Positions 46,086 through 55,903 are shown, numbered from the stretch's first letter. The stretch is 59,341 nt of DNA from Silvanigrellaceae bacterium (GCA_044376655.1 JBILKQ010000001.1:1-59341), one strand, 5' to 3'. Notes: a model not told the origin generated them from the letters alone. Numbers and translations: made by a program.

Positions 46086-46114
46086 GAAAGGCCCCGCAAA
46101 CGTGGGGCCTTTTT
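46086..46114 (+). terminator. intrinsic terminator of the ppa-gcv operon
   Basis: AAAGGCCCC-GCAAACGT-GGGGCCTTTTTT, a GC-rich stem followed by a T run, 30 nt after the gcvPB stop. Confidence 0.8.
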
Positions 46115-46192
46115 TATGCTCATTTAACTATTGCGGCAGTGTTTCGCAGCTGGAATTCTCCGAGCACAATAGAGCTCGTGAGATGCAAGCCT

Positions 46193-46639
46193 TCATCCCA
46201 GTTTGACCTGGCCCGCTACCCATTTTTCTAGGTGTGGATATGGAAGTGCTCCACTTTGGCGAGCCTTCTCCTTCTCGTTTTCAAAGACAATCAGGGTGGG
46301 GATGCTGCGGATTCCAAATCGACTTCCGGCATCTTGATGTGCCTCGGTGTCGCACTTCAAGAAAAGCGCATTGCCTCTTTGGGCGGTCGCATATTGTTTG
46401 AAGGTGGGGGCAAATCCAACGCACGGGCCACACCATGGAGCCCAAAAATCTACGATGACCGGAATGGGCGAGTTAAGAATAGCTTTTGCCAGAACTGCGC
46501 CGCTGACTTCATGAACTGGATCTTTGTGATTCAAAGGGTGTGAGCATTTTCCACATTTGGCTTTCCCCTGTTCAACGTTGTCAGGCACACGATTGAGTGC
46601 ACCACAGGATGTGCATGGGACCAGTACGGATTCAGACAT
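46193..46639 (-). CDS. trxC: thioredoxin 2 (with N-terminal zinc-finger extension)
   Basis: N-terminal CTSCGALN...CGKCSHPL double CxxC plus the active site WAPWCGPC. GGAGAG SD before ATG 46639. Confidence 0.85.
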   Translation of the reverse strand: MSESVLVPCTSCGALNRVPDNVEQGKAKCGKCSHPLNHKDPVHEVSGAVLAKAILNSPIPVIVDFWAPWCGPCVGFAPTFKQYATAQRGNALFLKCDTEAHQDAGSRFGIRSIPTLIVFENEKEKARQSGALPYPHLEKWVAGQVKLG

Positions 46640-46664
46640 TGTCTCTCTCTCCAATGAAACGCTT

Positions 46665-47933
46665 TCAACCAATGAATTCTTTACCGTTCATATATTTTCT
46701 CAGGGCCTGCGGAATGCGGATGCGTCCGTCAGCTGTCTGGTGATTTTCCATGAGTGGAATGAGAACACGCGGGGTCGCAACTTCGGTGTTGTTGAGTGTG
46801 TATACGAACTGATTTTTACCAGTCGCATCTTTTGATCTGATCTTTAGGCGTCGCGCCTGGTAGTCATAAAAGCTTGAACAGCTGTGGGTCTCACCGTAGG
46901 CGTTGCGGCCCGGCATCCACGTTTCAATGTCATGCTTTTTCACTTGTCCTTGTCCGAGGTCACCCGTGCAGACCTTCACAACCCGGTAAGGCAGTTCAAG
47001 CATCTTGAGTAGGTCTTCTGCGTTTGTCAGAAGTTCCATGTGCAGGCGATCTGATTCCTCTTTATCGGGCTTGCACAAGACAACCTGCTCGATCTTTTGG
47101 AACTGATGAACCCTATAGAGCCCCTTGGTGTCTTTTCCGTGTGCTCCTGCTTCACGGCGGAAGCAGCTTGAGTGGGCGCAAATTTTAACTGGAAGCTGAG
47201 CAGCGTCGATGATTTCACCCGCGTGATAGCTTGCGAGGCTAACCTCGGCAGTACCCACCAGCCACATATCGTCTTTCTCTACAAAGTAGGCTTGATCTGC
47301 TCCTCCTGGGAGGTAGCCCGTGCCTTGCATGGCTGAAGAGCGCACGAGAACAGGAACGCTCATAAGAGTGTACCCCCGTTGAGTCAGCAAATCGACCGCA
47401 AGGTTGTGTACCGCACGTTCAAGTTCAGCACCCGCACCAACAAGAAAATAGCTACGCGAGCCCGCGACGTTTGCTCCTCGGTTGAAATCAATGAGACCAA
47501 GTTTTTGCCCAAGCTCGATGTGATCAAGTGGCTTGAAGTTGAAAACGGGGGGTGTTCCCTCTTTGCGCCACTCTACGTTGTCTGCATCGGTGGCTCCTAC
47601 TGGAGTATCGGCGCTGGGAGGGTTTGGAACTGTGTTTTGAATCGCATCAAATTCCGCCTCAATTTCACGCAATTTAGCCTCTGCCTGAGTGAGCTGCTGG
47701 CCCACTTCGCGCATTGCGCTCAGAAGTGACTCGCGTTCGGCAGGGTTTTTCGCCTTTTTGACGTTGTCCGAACCCTCATTGCGCTGCCGGCGTAGATTTT
47801 CGGTTTCTTCCAAGGCGGCCAGGCGGGCATCGAAGACAGAGGCGAATTTCTCGGAATCAAAGGGAATTCGCTTCAGCTGTGCGGCATGGCTGATGACCGA
47901 AAGATTGTCGCGGACATATTTTGGATCGAGCAT
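46665..47933 (-). CDS. serS: seryl-tRNA synthetase
   Basis: MLDPKYVRDN N-terminus and long coiled-coil arm. Class II motifs FRREAG, GLYRVHQF.K.E, TLNNTEVATPRVLIPLMENHQ. Confidence 0.95.
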   Translation of the reverse strand: MLDPKYVRDNLSVISHAAQLKRIPFDSEKFASVFDARLAALEETENLRRQRNEGSDNVKKAKNPAERESLLSAMREVGQQLTQAEAKLREIEAEFDAIQNTVPNPPSADTPVGATDADNVEWRKEGTPPVFNFKPLDHIELGQKLGLIDFNRGANVAGSRSYFLVGAGAELERAVHNLAVDLLTQRGYTLMSVPVLVRSSAMQGTGYLPGGADQAYFVEKDDMWLVGTAEVSLASYHAGEIIDAAQLPVKICAHSSCFRREAGAHGKDTKGLYRVHQFQKIEQVVLCKPDKEESDRLHMELLTNAEDLLKMLELPYRVVKVCTGDLGQGQVKKHDIETWMPGRNAYGETHSCSSFYDYQARRLKIRSKDATGKNQFVYTLNNTEVATPRVLIPLMENHQTADGRIRIPQALRKYMNGKEFIG

Positions 47934-48107
47934 GCGAGTGATTCCTTCGCGGTTTCGTTGGTGTTCCAGAGCACATATTGTTTATCCGCGACCCTGTCCT
48001 TGGCAAGCGCAGGATTCAATTTTTCCCGCAGGAAACGGTTGACCGATGGGGCATCATGCTTACACTGTGCGGGCTTCAGGATATGGGTCTGCGCAGGAGG
48101 ATTACTG

Positions 48108-48758
48108 ATGTTTTTTACTGTCTCGTCAAATCAAGTTTTCTTTGCTTCAGAGGCGCCTGCGGGGGGTGAGCAGGATTCTGCAACGAGCGAGACTTCTGCT
48201 CAAGAAAGTGGCAGAGATTCTGGCGCAAAAGCATCGTCCGATACTGCCGAAGGCAACGATACGGTCGCCAAGCTCAACGAACAGATCGCCGAGTTAACTT
48301 CAAAATATAACGAAACAAACGATCGGATGTATCGTAATGCCGCTGAGTTCGAGAATTCTCGGAAGCGTTGGGAAAAAGAAAAGGCTGACCTGAAATCCTA
48401 CTGTATTTCTGAATTTGCGCGCGACCTTCTGCCTGTCATTGATTCATTCGACAAGGCAATGACGGCTATTGAGCAGTTGACCCTGAACGTGGAGACTGAA
48501 GAGGGCAAACAAGTTGCGTCGATTGTCGAGGGTGTTCAGCTCGTCTCCAAGGTGTTGACGGACACTCTCAAGAAGCACGGTGTTGAAAAGCTTCCCGGTA
48601 AGGGCGAGGCCTTCAATCCGAACTTCCACAATGCCATTGCAAAGACAGTAGACGCGACCCTCCAGCAGGAAATGGTCGTCGATGAATTTGTATCTGGATA
48701 TCGCATCGGTGAACGGATCTTGCGCACGGCGATGGTGCGCGTGGCGAGCCCCGACTGA
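48108..48758 (+). CDS. grpE: nucleotide exchange factor GrpE
   Basis: AAEFENSRKRWEKEK, FARDLLPVIDSFDKA, HNAIAK ... VVDEFVSGYRIGERILRTAMVRV. AGGAGG SD 8 nt upstream of ATG 48108; the ORF-track start 47886 runs into serS. Confidence 0.88.
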   Translation: MFFTVSSNQVFFASEAPAGGEQDSATSETSAQESGRDSGAKASSDTAEGNDTVAKLNEQIAELTSKYNETNDRMYRNAAEFENSRKRWEKEKADLKSYCISEFARDLLPVIDSFDKAMTAIEQLTLNVETEEGKQVASIVEGVQLVSKVLTDTLKKHGVEKLPGKGEAFNPNFHNAIAKTVDATLQQEMVVDEFVSGYRIGERILRTAMVRVASPD

Positions 48759-48801
48759 AATCCTGCGTGGGCTATGGCCGCGCAGCATCGTCAATGCATG
48801 T

Positions 48802-50880
48802 GTGGCCGTAGCCATGGTCCTTTTTTGCGCTACCACCGCTCTTGCATCCAGTGAGCGAGTGAAGCAAGCAGAGCACGAATTTCAGCTTCGTAATTTTGAT
48901 TCCGCGTTCGAGAAATTTAAAGAGGTTCAAGCCGATCCTCTCGCAGTTCCTGGTGACCTCGCCCTTACGCGATGTCGACTGGGTATCATCTACAGTATTC
49001 GCGATGATCAAAAACAAGCCCGGCGGCACTTGGAACTCTCTTTAGCTTCAGATGCTTTGCCGGCCAGTGTTTCACCATTGTGTTTTTATGCTCTTGTGCA
49101 AATTTATGTGATCGATAAATCTTACGTCGAAGCTCGCGATCTCATCAAAAAATATCCAGATCCTGCTTTCCCCGCAATGTACAAGGCTCGCGTCCATGCT
49201 TTGGGCACGGAAATCGGCAAACAGTTGAAAGAGGTTCCCTTCGAGATCAATCAGCTCGAACGTTTGGCGCGGGTGATGGATATTGGTGGAATCGACAAAG
49301 TCGATCTCCGGATTTTGGGTGATTGGGTGATTACGCGTGATGATGTGAAAAAACGTCTGGGCGAATCTCTGAAAACCAAATCAGAAATTGTGCCAGCGAG
49401 CCAGGCAAATGCTGCGTCAGTGCAGCCCACGAACCAAGCGGTATCGCCCTCTACCGAGGCGGTTTTAGGCGAGAAACCAGTGAGGATGAACTCTGCGGCA
49501 GCAGTTGAATCCGTAACGCAGCCTGTGTCGGAGAACCGCCAAGATGTTCTCGCACTTTTTAAGAGCCTCCGCTCAGGTCAATTTCAATATGTTGCGGCTG
49601 ACGTGCGGGATGGCAGCGCACCTCAATTGCTTCGACTAAATCCCGAAATACCTCTAGAGCTAATACGCGAGCGTGCAGAGCAGTTACTGAAGGATGACCC
49701 AAGGCAAATTCGGATAGGTGTGTTACTCCCGCTGGGCAGCGGAGTGTTCACGCGTCTGCAGCTCAAGGCGCTGAAGGGGATCTCAGCATTTATGAGTTCT
49801 CGTGCTTCGAAGGATGTTGACTATCGTGCCTTCGTGAGAGCCGTGGGCAATGATGCTGGAGCAGCAGAGGAAGCGGCTCAGGAGCTCATTCTGAAGGATA
49901 AAGTACACATTATCGTGGGCCCGTTTCATGGTGCGCAAGTCATTGGTGCTGCCACTGCGGCAGCTTTTTACGGAGTTCCACTTTTCACACTCGGGCCTGT
50001 CACTGGAGCACAAGAGTACGACCCCGCGTTTATCTTGCGGATGGGAACACTGGCCACCTCTCAGGCACGCGCGCAAGCGGCTTATTTAAAGCAAAAGAAC
50101 CGCAAGGTGGTTTCAATCATGTCACCGTCGGATGGATACGGTGTCGAGATGACAAAGTCATTTGAAGCTGTGTGCAAAGAGGAAGGAATTCAGATCGCTC
50201 GGGTGGAGTACATCGATGAGTCCACGGAACTTTTTCAAGAGCCCGTTCGTGCACTGCTTGGACCTCAGGATGGAAAATTTCGTGGTCCTGAGTATGCAAA
50301 GCTTGTTGCCGATGCGCGCAAGAAAGCTGCTGCAGAAAAGCGTAAATTCGATCCGTCGCAAATTAAGGCTCCCGCCTTTGTGCCCTTCTCAGCACTCTTT
50401 GTGCCAGATTCACTCGACCGTGTCCGTTTGATAGCCAATACATTCGCTTTCTTTGAGGCACGCAGCGTTCGTTTCTTGGGTGATCGCACCTGGCAGGAAG
50501 CAGGAGGGCGCGCATCCGTAGCAGATCAATTTCTCAATGGAGCACGAGTTCCTGTTCAACGTTCAGGAGCGTTTCTGAGCTACCTCAGACGTGAGCTTGC
50601 CGCTGGCGAAAACGTTCTCGACTTTGAGAGACAGGCGTTCGATAGTCTGCTGCTAACACGTACCGCGCAGTACAAAGCCGGTGGCAACAACCCTGCCAAA
50701 CTTGTTGGTTCACTCAGAGCACCAGACTTCTCTGCCGATGGAGCTGGTCGCTATGGTTCCGTTGATTCCAGCGGGGAACCAATGATGGAATTTGAGATGG
50801 CACAGTACTACAACGGAAGTGTTTTGAGCCCCAACGCCTCGCCTGAGAGTCTTCCAGGCGAGATGCTAGACGGTGATTGA
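48802..50880 (+). CDS. LpoA-like periplasmic protein (TPR-like N-domain plus type-1 periplasmic-binding fold)
   Basis: N-terminal helical-repeat region. C-terminal LivK/LppC-like fold (IRIGVLLPLGSG, HIIVGPFHG, VVSIMSPSDGYG). The start is unresolved: GTG 48802, ATG 48814, or CTG 48763 for a full signal peptide. Confidence 0.55.
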   Translation: MAVAMVLFCATTALASSERVKQAEHEFQLRNFDSAFEKFKEVQADPLAVPGDLALTRCRLGIIYSIRDDQKQARRHLELSLASDALPASVSPLCFYALVQIYVIDKSYVEARDLIKKYPDPAFPAMYKARVHALGTEIGKQLKEVPFEINQLERLARVMDIGGIDKVDLRILGDWVITRDDVKKRLGESLKTKSEIVPASQANAASVQPTNQAVSPSTEAVLGEKPVRMNSAAAVESVTQPVSENRQDVLALFKSLRSGQFQYVAADVRDGSAPQLLRLNPEIPLELIRERAEQLLKDDPRQIRIGVLLPLGSGVFTRLQLKALKGISAFMSSRASKDVDYRAFVRAVGNDAGAAEEAAQELILKDKVHIIVGPFHGAQVIGAATAAAFYGVPLFTLGPVTGAQEYDPAFILRMGTLATSQARAQAAYLKQKNRKVVSIMSPSDGYGVEMTKSFEAVCKEEGIQIARVEYIDESTELFQEPVRALLGPQDGKFRGPEYAKLVADARKKAAAEKRKFDPSQIKAPAFVPFSALFVPDSLDRVRLIANTFAFFEARSVRFLGDRTWQEAGGRASVADQFLNGARVPVQRSGAFLSYLRRELAAGENVLDFERQAFDSLLLTRTAQYKAGGNNPAKLVGSLRAPDFSADGAGRYGSVDSSGEPMMEFEMAQYYNGSVLSPNASPESLPGEMLDGD

Positions 50881-52331
50881 TAGAGCACTTCTTGTGGAAG
50901 TTCGATTCCCTCTGGAATCAGCCCTCTCCAGGATTTCCACGATTGCACGGTCTTCAGCCGCGCTGTCGCAATTTTTCCCTCGGCACCAGAGCGCGCAATT
51001 TCTGGTGTGAGTGGATTAAGATCTTCTCCCGCTGCTCTTGGGAGAATCGTCAAGCTTTGCCGATCGAGAATGGTGCCCGTGGTGGTGTCGAATTCAGATA
51101 ACGAAAAGAGCTCGTTGTAGGATTTAAAGACTCTGTGCGGGCGTTGGCCAATTTCACTAACACAAGATGCACTGGCATTTCTTTTTACAGTCAGGCCGAC
51201 AAGTGAAATCTGTTCGGAAATCACTGCGCTGGCGAGTGCCACCTCATCGGTTTTTCCAACCGCTGGAATCTTGATATTCCGCCCACCTTTTCCTGATTTT
51301 CCACCCTTCACAGTTAACTCGATTTGTTGGCTCCGATCAGCAAGCTGGAATATTCTCACTTCTCCTGCGTTCTGGCCGTCTCCACCAATTTCCCCTTCGA
51401 CAAGGCGTGCGTTGGGATTTTCATCATCTACAGATGGCGGGTTGGATATGGGAATTTTAATGGTCTGCTTTAGTATGATCTGACCCGCGATTAACGGTTC
51501 TGAGAGGTCGACTTGGATCGTCTGGGACGTGTCACAGATGTCTCTTGCTATGTCTTCAGCTGAACGCCTCTGTGCGAGCCTTCTGATTTTTTCCTTCATC
51601 TGATCGTGGACAAAGCTGCTGTGCCAATCATATCGAGCTTCACGCGATTCTGTTATCCATGTGAATGCAGCGCCAACTGTCGCACGCCTCGTTGCGCGAT
51701 CAGCAATGCTGACGCAGCGTCCAAGTGGATCGGTGCACTGGGCATCTATGCCTGCATGCCCATCTTTACCCTCGCTGTTGATTGTTGGAAGTTCCGATCC
51801 GGATAGAAAGATAATCACATCACCTGAAGCACGTCCCTCTCCCTGTGTCTCAACGAACAGATTTTTCATTGAGTGGCCTAGTAGGATGAGCTTATGTCCA
51901 TGTGTACGGATGCGCAGTGGTTTCTCCTGCGCAAAGGAGCTGAAACTCAGCAGCATGTCATGATGAAGATCAACTTCATTTTCTGAGCTCTTGTACATCC
52001 CCACGCGCGATATCTGATCAAAGCCTTCGGGTGTTTGTATCCATGCTGCGAAGTTTCTCACGTTACGACTCTCAATGAGAGCTATCTCGTGCGTTGTGTC
52101 CAAATCATTCTCGATAGGGATTTCTGCCCCATGGTTGCTTCCATTTGATGGCATATGTTCTGCCGGACGATCATCTGTCCAGGGCTCTGTTTCGCTGATG
52201 GGCGGTGAAAGTGGTGTTGGCACCATCCCCCGGTCAGAAGGCTCGGATGCATTTTTTTCTTCAAAAACGTGATCGCAGCTCCACAACGAAAGGGCACACG
52301 CAGCAATCAAGAAGGACGCTCTCTTATCCAT
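50808..52331 (-). CDS. hypothetical lipoprotein (507 aa), no recognisable family
   Basis: GGAGG SD 8 nt upstream of ATG 52331. Signal MDKRASFLIAACALSLWSC with a lipobox-like Cys. Its 3' end overlaps the LpoA-like gene by 73 nt. Confidence 0.6.
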   Translation of the reverse strand: MDKRASFLIAACALSLWSCDHVFEEKNASEPSDRGMVPTPLSPPISETEPWTDDRPAEHMPSNGSNHGAEIPIENDLDTTHEIALIESRNVRNFAAWIQTPEGFDQISRVGMYKSSENEVDLHHDMLLSFSSFAQEKPLRIRTHGHKLILLGHSMKNLFVETQGEGRASGDVIIFLSGSELPTINSEGKDGHAGIDAQCTDPLGRCVSIADRATRRATVGAAFTWITESREARYDWHSSFVHDQMKEKIRRLAQRRSAEDIARDICDTSQTIQVDLSEPLIAGQIILKQTIKIPISNPPSVDDENPNARLVEGEIGGDGQNAGEVRIFQLADRSQQIELTVKGGKSGKGGRNIKIPAVGKTDEVALASAVISEQISLVGLTVKRNASASCVSEIGQRPHRVFKSYNELFSLSEFDTTTGTILDRQSLTILPRAAGEDLNPLTPEIARSGAEGKIATARLKTVQSWKSWRGLIPEGIELPQEVLYQSPSSISPGRLSGEALGLKTLPL

Positions 52332-52431
52332 GCAGAAACCTCCAGTCATCGGCATAGCGATGACAGAAGTTCACATCCTTCAACAGATAATGACGTTGGG
52401 TCTAAAAATAACCGATCAGTTAGACGGATTT

Positions 52432-53442
52432 TCAATCATAACCGAGCACAGTGCGCCGCATCTCACCCCAGCGCAAAGCATCTTTGATGCCCTCATCGAT
52501 TGATTTGCCTGCATTCCATCCAAGAAGTTTGGCTGCCTTTTCACAACTCGCGTAAGAACCTGCATTGTCGCCCGGACGAGCAGGCGCTTCGCCTTTGTTC
52601 AGGGTCTTGCCAAAAACACGTTCAAAGGCTGCCAAGAGTTCTTTAACCGTTACCCCTTGGCCAGTTCCCAGGTTTATGACTTCATAGAAATTATTCTGTG
52701 TTCTTCCTTGGAAGATAGCTTCAAATTTTTCGACCGCGGCTACATGCGCCTGAGCGAGATCCCAGACATGAATATAATCTCGCAAACCGCTGCCATCTCG
52801 CGTGGGCCAGTCAACTCCGGTGACCTCGAACTTTGCGAGTTTTCCGCGAGCACAGTCGACGAGTTTGCCAACAACATGTGATGGCTCGCGCACGTGTATA
52901 CCGCTCCGGAGAGTGGGGTCTGCTCCAATGGGATTGAAGTAACGCAGCGCGATTCCCTTGAGTCCGTAGGCACTCGCAAAATCTTGGAGCACCATTTCCA
53001 TCATAAACTTCGTACGAGCATAGGGACTTTGAGGTGAAAGGGGTGAGCTCTCGGTGACTTTGAAGTTATCGACCACCGAGTAAATCGAGGCCGAGGAGCT
53101 GAAAACGACTCCCTCGATTCCGCGTTCCACAAGTATTTTAAAGAATTCCGTCGATTTAGAGACGTTCTCCCGATAGTACTCATAGGGTTTTTCCATCGAC
53201 TCGGGCACAACAATCAGTGCCGCGCAGTGGACAACGAGTTTGATATCCGGATGTTCATCAAACAGCCGCTCAAGCACCCCTGAGTCAGCAATGTCGCCCT
53301 TGTAGAAGATCCGTCCGCGCGTGAAGACTTCTTGTCCAGTTACGAGGGAATCGAGAATCACAGGCGTATGTCCGGAATCGAGCAGCGCTGAACAGACGGT
53401 GCTCCCAATATAGCCCGCTCCACCAGTGACCAAGACTTTCAC
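52432..53442 (-). CDS. galE: UDP-glucose 4-epimerase
   Basis: Rossmann motif VLVTGGAGYIGS, catalytic YARTK (YxxxK) and a GalE-like C-terminal half. GTG start with an AGGAG SD 6-7 nt upstream. Confidence 0.9.
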   Translation of the reverse strand: MKVLVTGGAGYIGSTVCSALLDSGHTPVILDSLVTGQEVFTRGRIFYKGDIADSGVLERLFDEHPDIKLVVHCAALIVVPESMEKPYEYYRENVSKSTEFFKILVERGIEGVVFSSSASIYSVVDNFKVTESSPLSPQSPYARTKFMMEMVLQDFASAYGLKGIALRYFNPIGADPTLRSGIHVREPSHVVGKLVDCARGKLAKFEVTGVDWPTRDGSGLRDYIHVWDLAQAHVAAVEKFEAIFQGRTQNNFYEVINLGTGQGVTVKELLAAFERVFGKTLNKGEAPARPGDNAGSYASCEKAAKLLGWNAGKSIDEGIKDALRWGEMRRTVLGYD

Positions 53443-53514
53443 GCTTCACTCCTGTGTCTTCCTATGTTACGCGACCGATGTGGCAGTGCATGACAGACCA
53501 CAAAGGATATTCAA

Positions 53515-54423
53515 ATGTTCCAAGACTACCTGTTTTATGGCACCGATGTCGAGACTCGATATGCTTTCAGAATGCTGCATTTGACCTCTCTTGTGCGACA
53601 GGCCCAGGCCATGCATGGCCTGAAAGGTGCAGAGGCTGAGCTGCTCGGCCGTGGGCTTCTCTCTGGCGTATTATTAGCCTCAATTCTTGAAGATGAGGAG
53701 CGCATAAATCTTCGTTTTCACTCAGGCGATGATTGCACAATGGGCGTGGAAACAACCCGACATGCTGTGACGCGCGGGTATCTTGAAACGAACGGCGAGT
53801 CAGCCCTCATTCGTCAGCTGAAGGAAAATCAAGAACCCATTCTTCCATGGGTTGTGCGCTCGTTGCGCTCTCGTTCTGGCACAAGCCAACTCTTTGAAGG
53901 TATTTCCGGAACTGAAACCGATTCCCTAGAAGTTGCCGTAAATGCTCATCTCGAGAACAGCTATCAAATGAAAACTCAGGTGCGCATCGATTGCTGGCAT
54001 AATCCCAAAGACGGTCAGCTTTACGCAGCGGGAGTCATTTATCTTGAATTGCCAAACCTAAAGCCTGAGGTCTCTCAGCAGCTTTGGAGTCACGTTGAAA
54101 AATTGCCGCGCTTCCGCGACCTGTTTGGCGAGACAGGCCACGATCCTGACCAAGTTTCGGCGAAGCTAATTCCTCACCAGGTGCGTGCGATCAACAGCAT
54201 CAATCCGAGCTGGGGATGCACCTGTTCAAGCTCCTCGATTGAAACGATGTTGAAGAAATTGGGGCACGCTGAGTTGTTCGATATGGTCGATGAGGCGAAG
54301 CCCGCTGAGATTCGTTGTCATTATTGCAACAAGAATTTTTACGTTGAGGTTTCTCGTTTGAAGGAGCTCGCCGAAGAGCTTATTACAGGTGAAAACGCTT
54401 CTTCTTCCAAAATTCTCAATTAA
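53515..54423 (+). CDS. hslO: redox-regulated chaperone Hsp33
   Basis: Family-typical N-terminal domain and a C-terminal zinc centre CTCSSSS...CHYCNKNF (CxC...CxxC). AAAGGA SD before ATG 53515. Confidence 0.9.
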   Translation: MFQDYLFYGTDVETRYAFRMLHLTSLVRQAQAMHGLKGAEAELLGRGLLSGVLLASILEDEERINLRFHSGDDCTMGVETTRHAVTRGYLETNGESALIRQLKENQEPILPWVVRSLRSRSGTSQLFEGISGTETDSLEVAVNAHLENSYQMKTQVRIDCWHNPKDGQLYAAGVIYLELPNLKPEVSQQLWSHVEKLPRFRDLFGETGHDPDQVSAKLIPHQVRAINSINPSWGCTCSSSSIETMLKKLGHAELFDMVDEAKPAEIRCHYCNKNFYVEVSRLKELAEELITGENASSSKILN

Positions 54424-54424
54424 C

Positions 54425-54448
54425 AGAAAACCCGGGTGACCCCGGGTT
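54425..54448 (-). terminator. intrinsic terminator for ahcY (read on the - strand)
   Basis: AACCCGGG-TGAC-CCCGGGTT hairpin; on the - strand it is followed by TTTTCTG. Confidence 0.55.
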
Positions 54449-54473
54449 CAGAAAATCAACTCTTGATTTGAAC

Positions 54474-54500
54474 GGAGCCACTGAAGGCTCCTTCTTTTTT
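54474..54500 (+). terminator. intrinsic terminator for hslO (read on the + strand)
   Basis: GGAGCC-ACTGAA-GGCTCC followed by TTCTTTTTTT, abutting the ahcY stop codon. Confidence 0.6.
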
Positions 54501-55793
54501 TCAGTAGCGGTACATGTCGGGCTTGTAAGGACCATCGACTGGAATGTTAAGGTACTCCGCCTGCTTCGAGGTCAGCTTGGTGAGGCTCACGCCGAGTTTA
54601 GCAAGGTGGAGACGCGCGACTTCTTCATCGAGTTTTTTCGGAAGCGTGTACACGCCCACAGGGTAGCTCTTTGAGTTTGTCCAGAGTTCAATCTGAGCGA
54701 GAACTTGGTTTGTGAAGCTTGTGCTCATCACGAACGATGGATGTCCATTCGCACAACCAAGGTTCACCAAGCGCCCTTCAGCGAGAAGAATAATTTCGTT
54801 TCCACTAGGGAACTTATATTTGTCCACCTGCGGCTTGACGTTGATGTGTTGAATACCTGGGTACGACTTCAAACCAGCAACTTCGATTTCGACGTCGAAG
54901 TGGCCAATATTGCAGACGATAGCCTGGTCTTTCATCTTAGCCATGTGTTCAGCCTTGATGACATCGCAGCAGCCCGTTGCTGTTACGAAGATATGGCCCT
55001 CAGGGAGTGCCTCTTCGAGTGTCCGGACTTCATAGCCTTCCATCACAGCTTGCAGTGCGTTGATTGGGTCGATCTCGGTCACGATGACGCGCGCTCCCAT
55101 TCCGCGCATCGAGCGGGCAGAACCTTTGCCTACGTCACCGAAGCCAGCAACAACAACGGTTTTACCTGCCACCATGACGTCTGTGGCACGCTTGATACCG
55201 TCCACCAGAGATTCGCGGCAGCCATAGAGGTTGTCGAACTTGCTCTTGGTCACTGCATCGTTCACGTTGATGGCTGGAACCTTGAGTTCTCCGCGTTTGA
55301 GCATCATGTGCAGGTGGTGCACGCCTGTGGTTGTCTCTTCCGAAATGCCCCGGATTTCAGGCAGCATTGCAGGGAATTTCTTGTGGACGTAGGAGGTGAG
55401 GTCTCCGCCGTCGTCGAGAATCATGTTCGGGCCCTTGCCGCCTGGGAATTTGAGAGATTGTTCAACGCACCACCAGTATTCTTCCTCAGTTTCGCCCTTC
55501 CAAGCGAAAACAGGGATTCCTGCTTTAGCGATGGCAGCGGCAGCTGTGTCCTGGGTCGAGAAGATGTTGCAGCTCGACCAGCGAACTTCTGCGCCGAGAT
55601 CAATAAGAGTTTCAATGAGAACCGCAGTTTGAACCGTCATGTGCAGACAGCCGGCGATTCGAGCGCCTTTGAGAGGCTTGGTCTTGCCGTATTTTTCTCT
55701 CAAGATCATCAGGCCGGGCATGTCTTTTTCGGCAATTTCGATTTCACGACGGCCCTGAGTGGCAAGGGCTATATCTTTTACTTTGTAGTCCAC
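54501..55793 (-). CDS. ahcY: adenosylhomocysteinase
   Basis: [43 protein letters not shown], and the NAD site [15 protein letters not shown] 55793 has an AAGGAG SD 7 nt upstream; the ORF-track TTG 55829 is probably too long. Confidence 0.93.
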   Translation of the reverse strand: MDYKVKDIALATQGRREIEIAEKDMPGLMILREKYGKTKPLKGARIAGCLHMTVQTAVLIETLIDLGAEVRWSSCNIFSTQDTAAAAIAKAGIPVFAWKGETEEEYWWCVEQSLKFPGGKGPNMILDDGGDLTSYVHKKFPAMLPEIRGISEETTTGVHHLHMMLKRGELKVPAINVNDAVTKSKFDNLYGCRESLVDGIKRATDVMVAGKTVVVAGFGDVGKGSARSMRGMGARVIVTEIDPINALQAVMEGYEVRTLEEALPEGHIFVTATGCCDVIKAEHMAKMKDQAIVCNIGHFDVEIEVAGLKSYPGIQHINVKPQVDKYKFPSGNEIILLAEGRLVNLGCANGHPSFVMSTSFTNQVLAQIELWTNSKSYPVGVYTLPKKLDEEVARLHLAKLGVSLTKLTSKQAEYLNIPVDGPYKPDMYRY

Positions 55794-55903
55794 GGCGCGC
55801 TCCTTGATGATTGAACGAAAACGATTCAAAGCGACGCGAAACTAACCGAAAGCACAGTTTAGCTCAAGCCAATGCTTGAGCTTTTGCCGACAAATTGGCG
55901 GAC

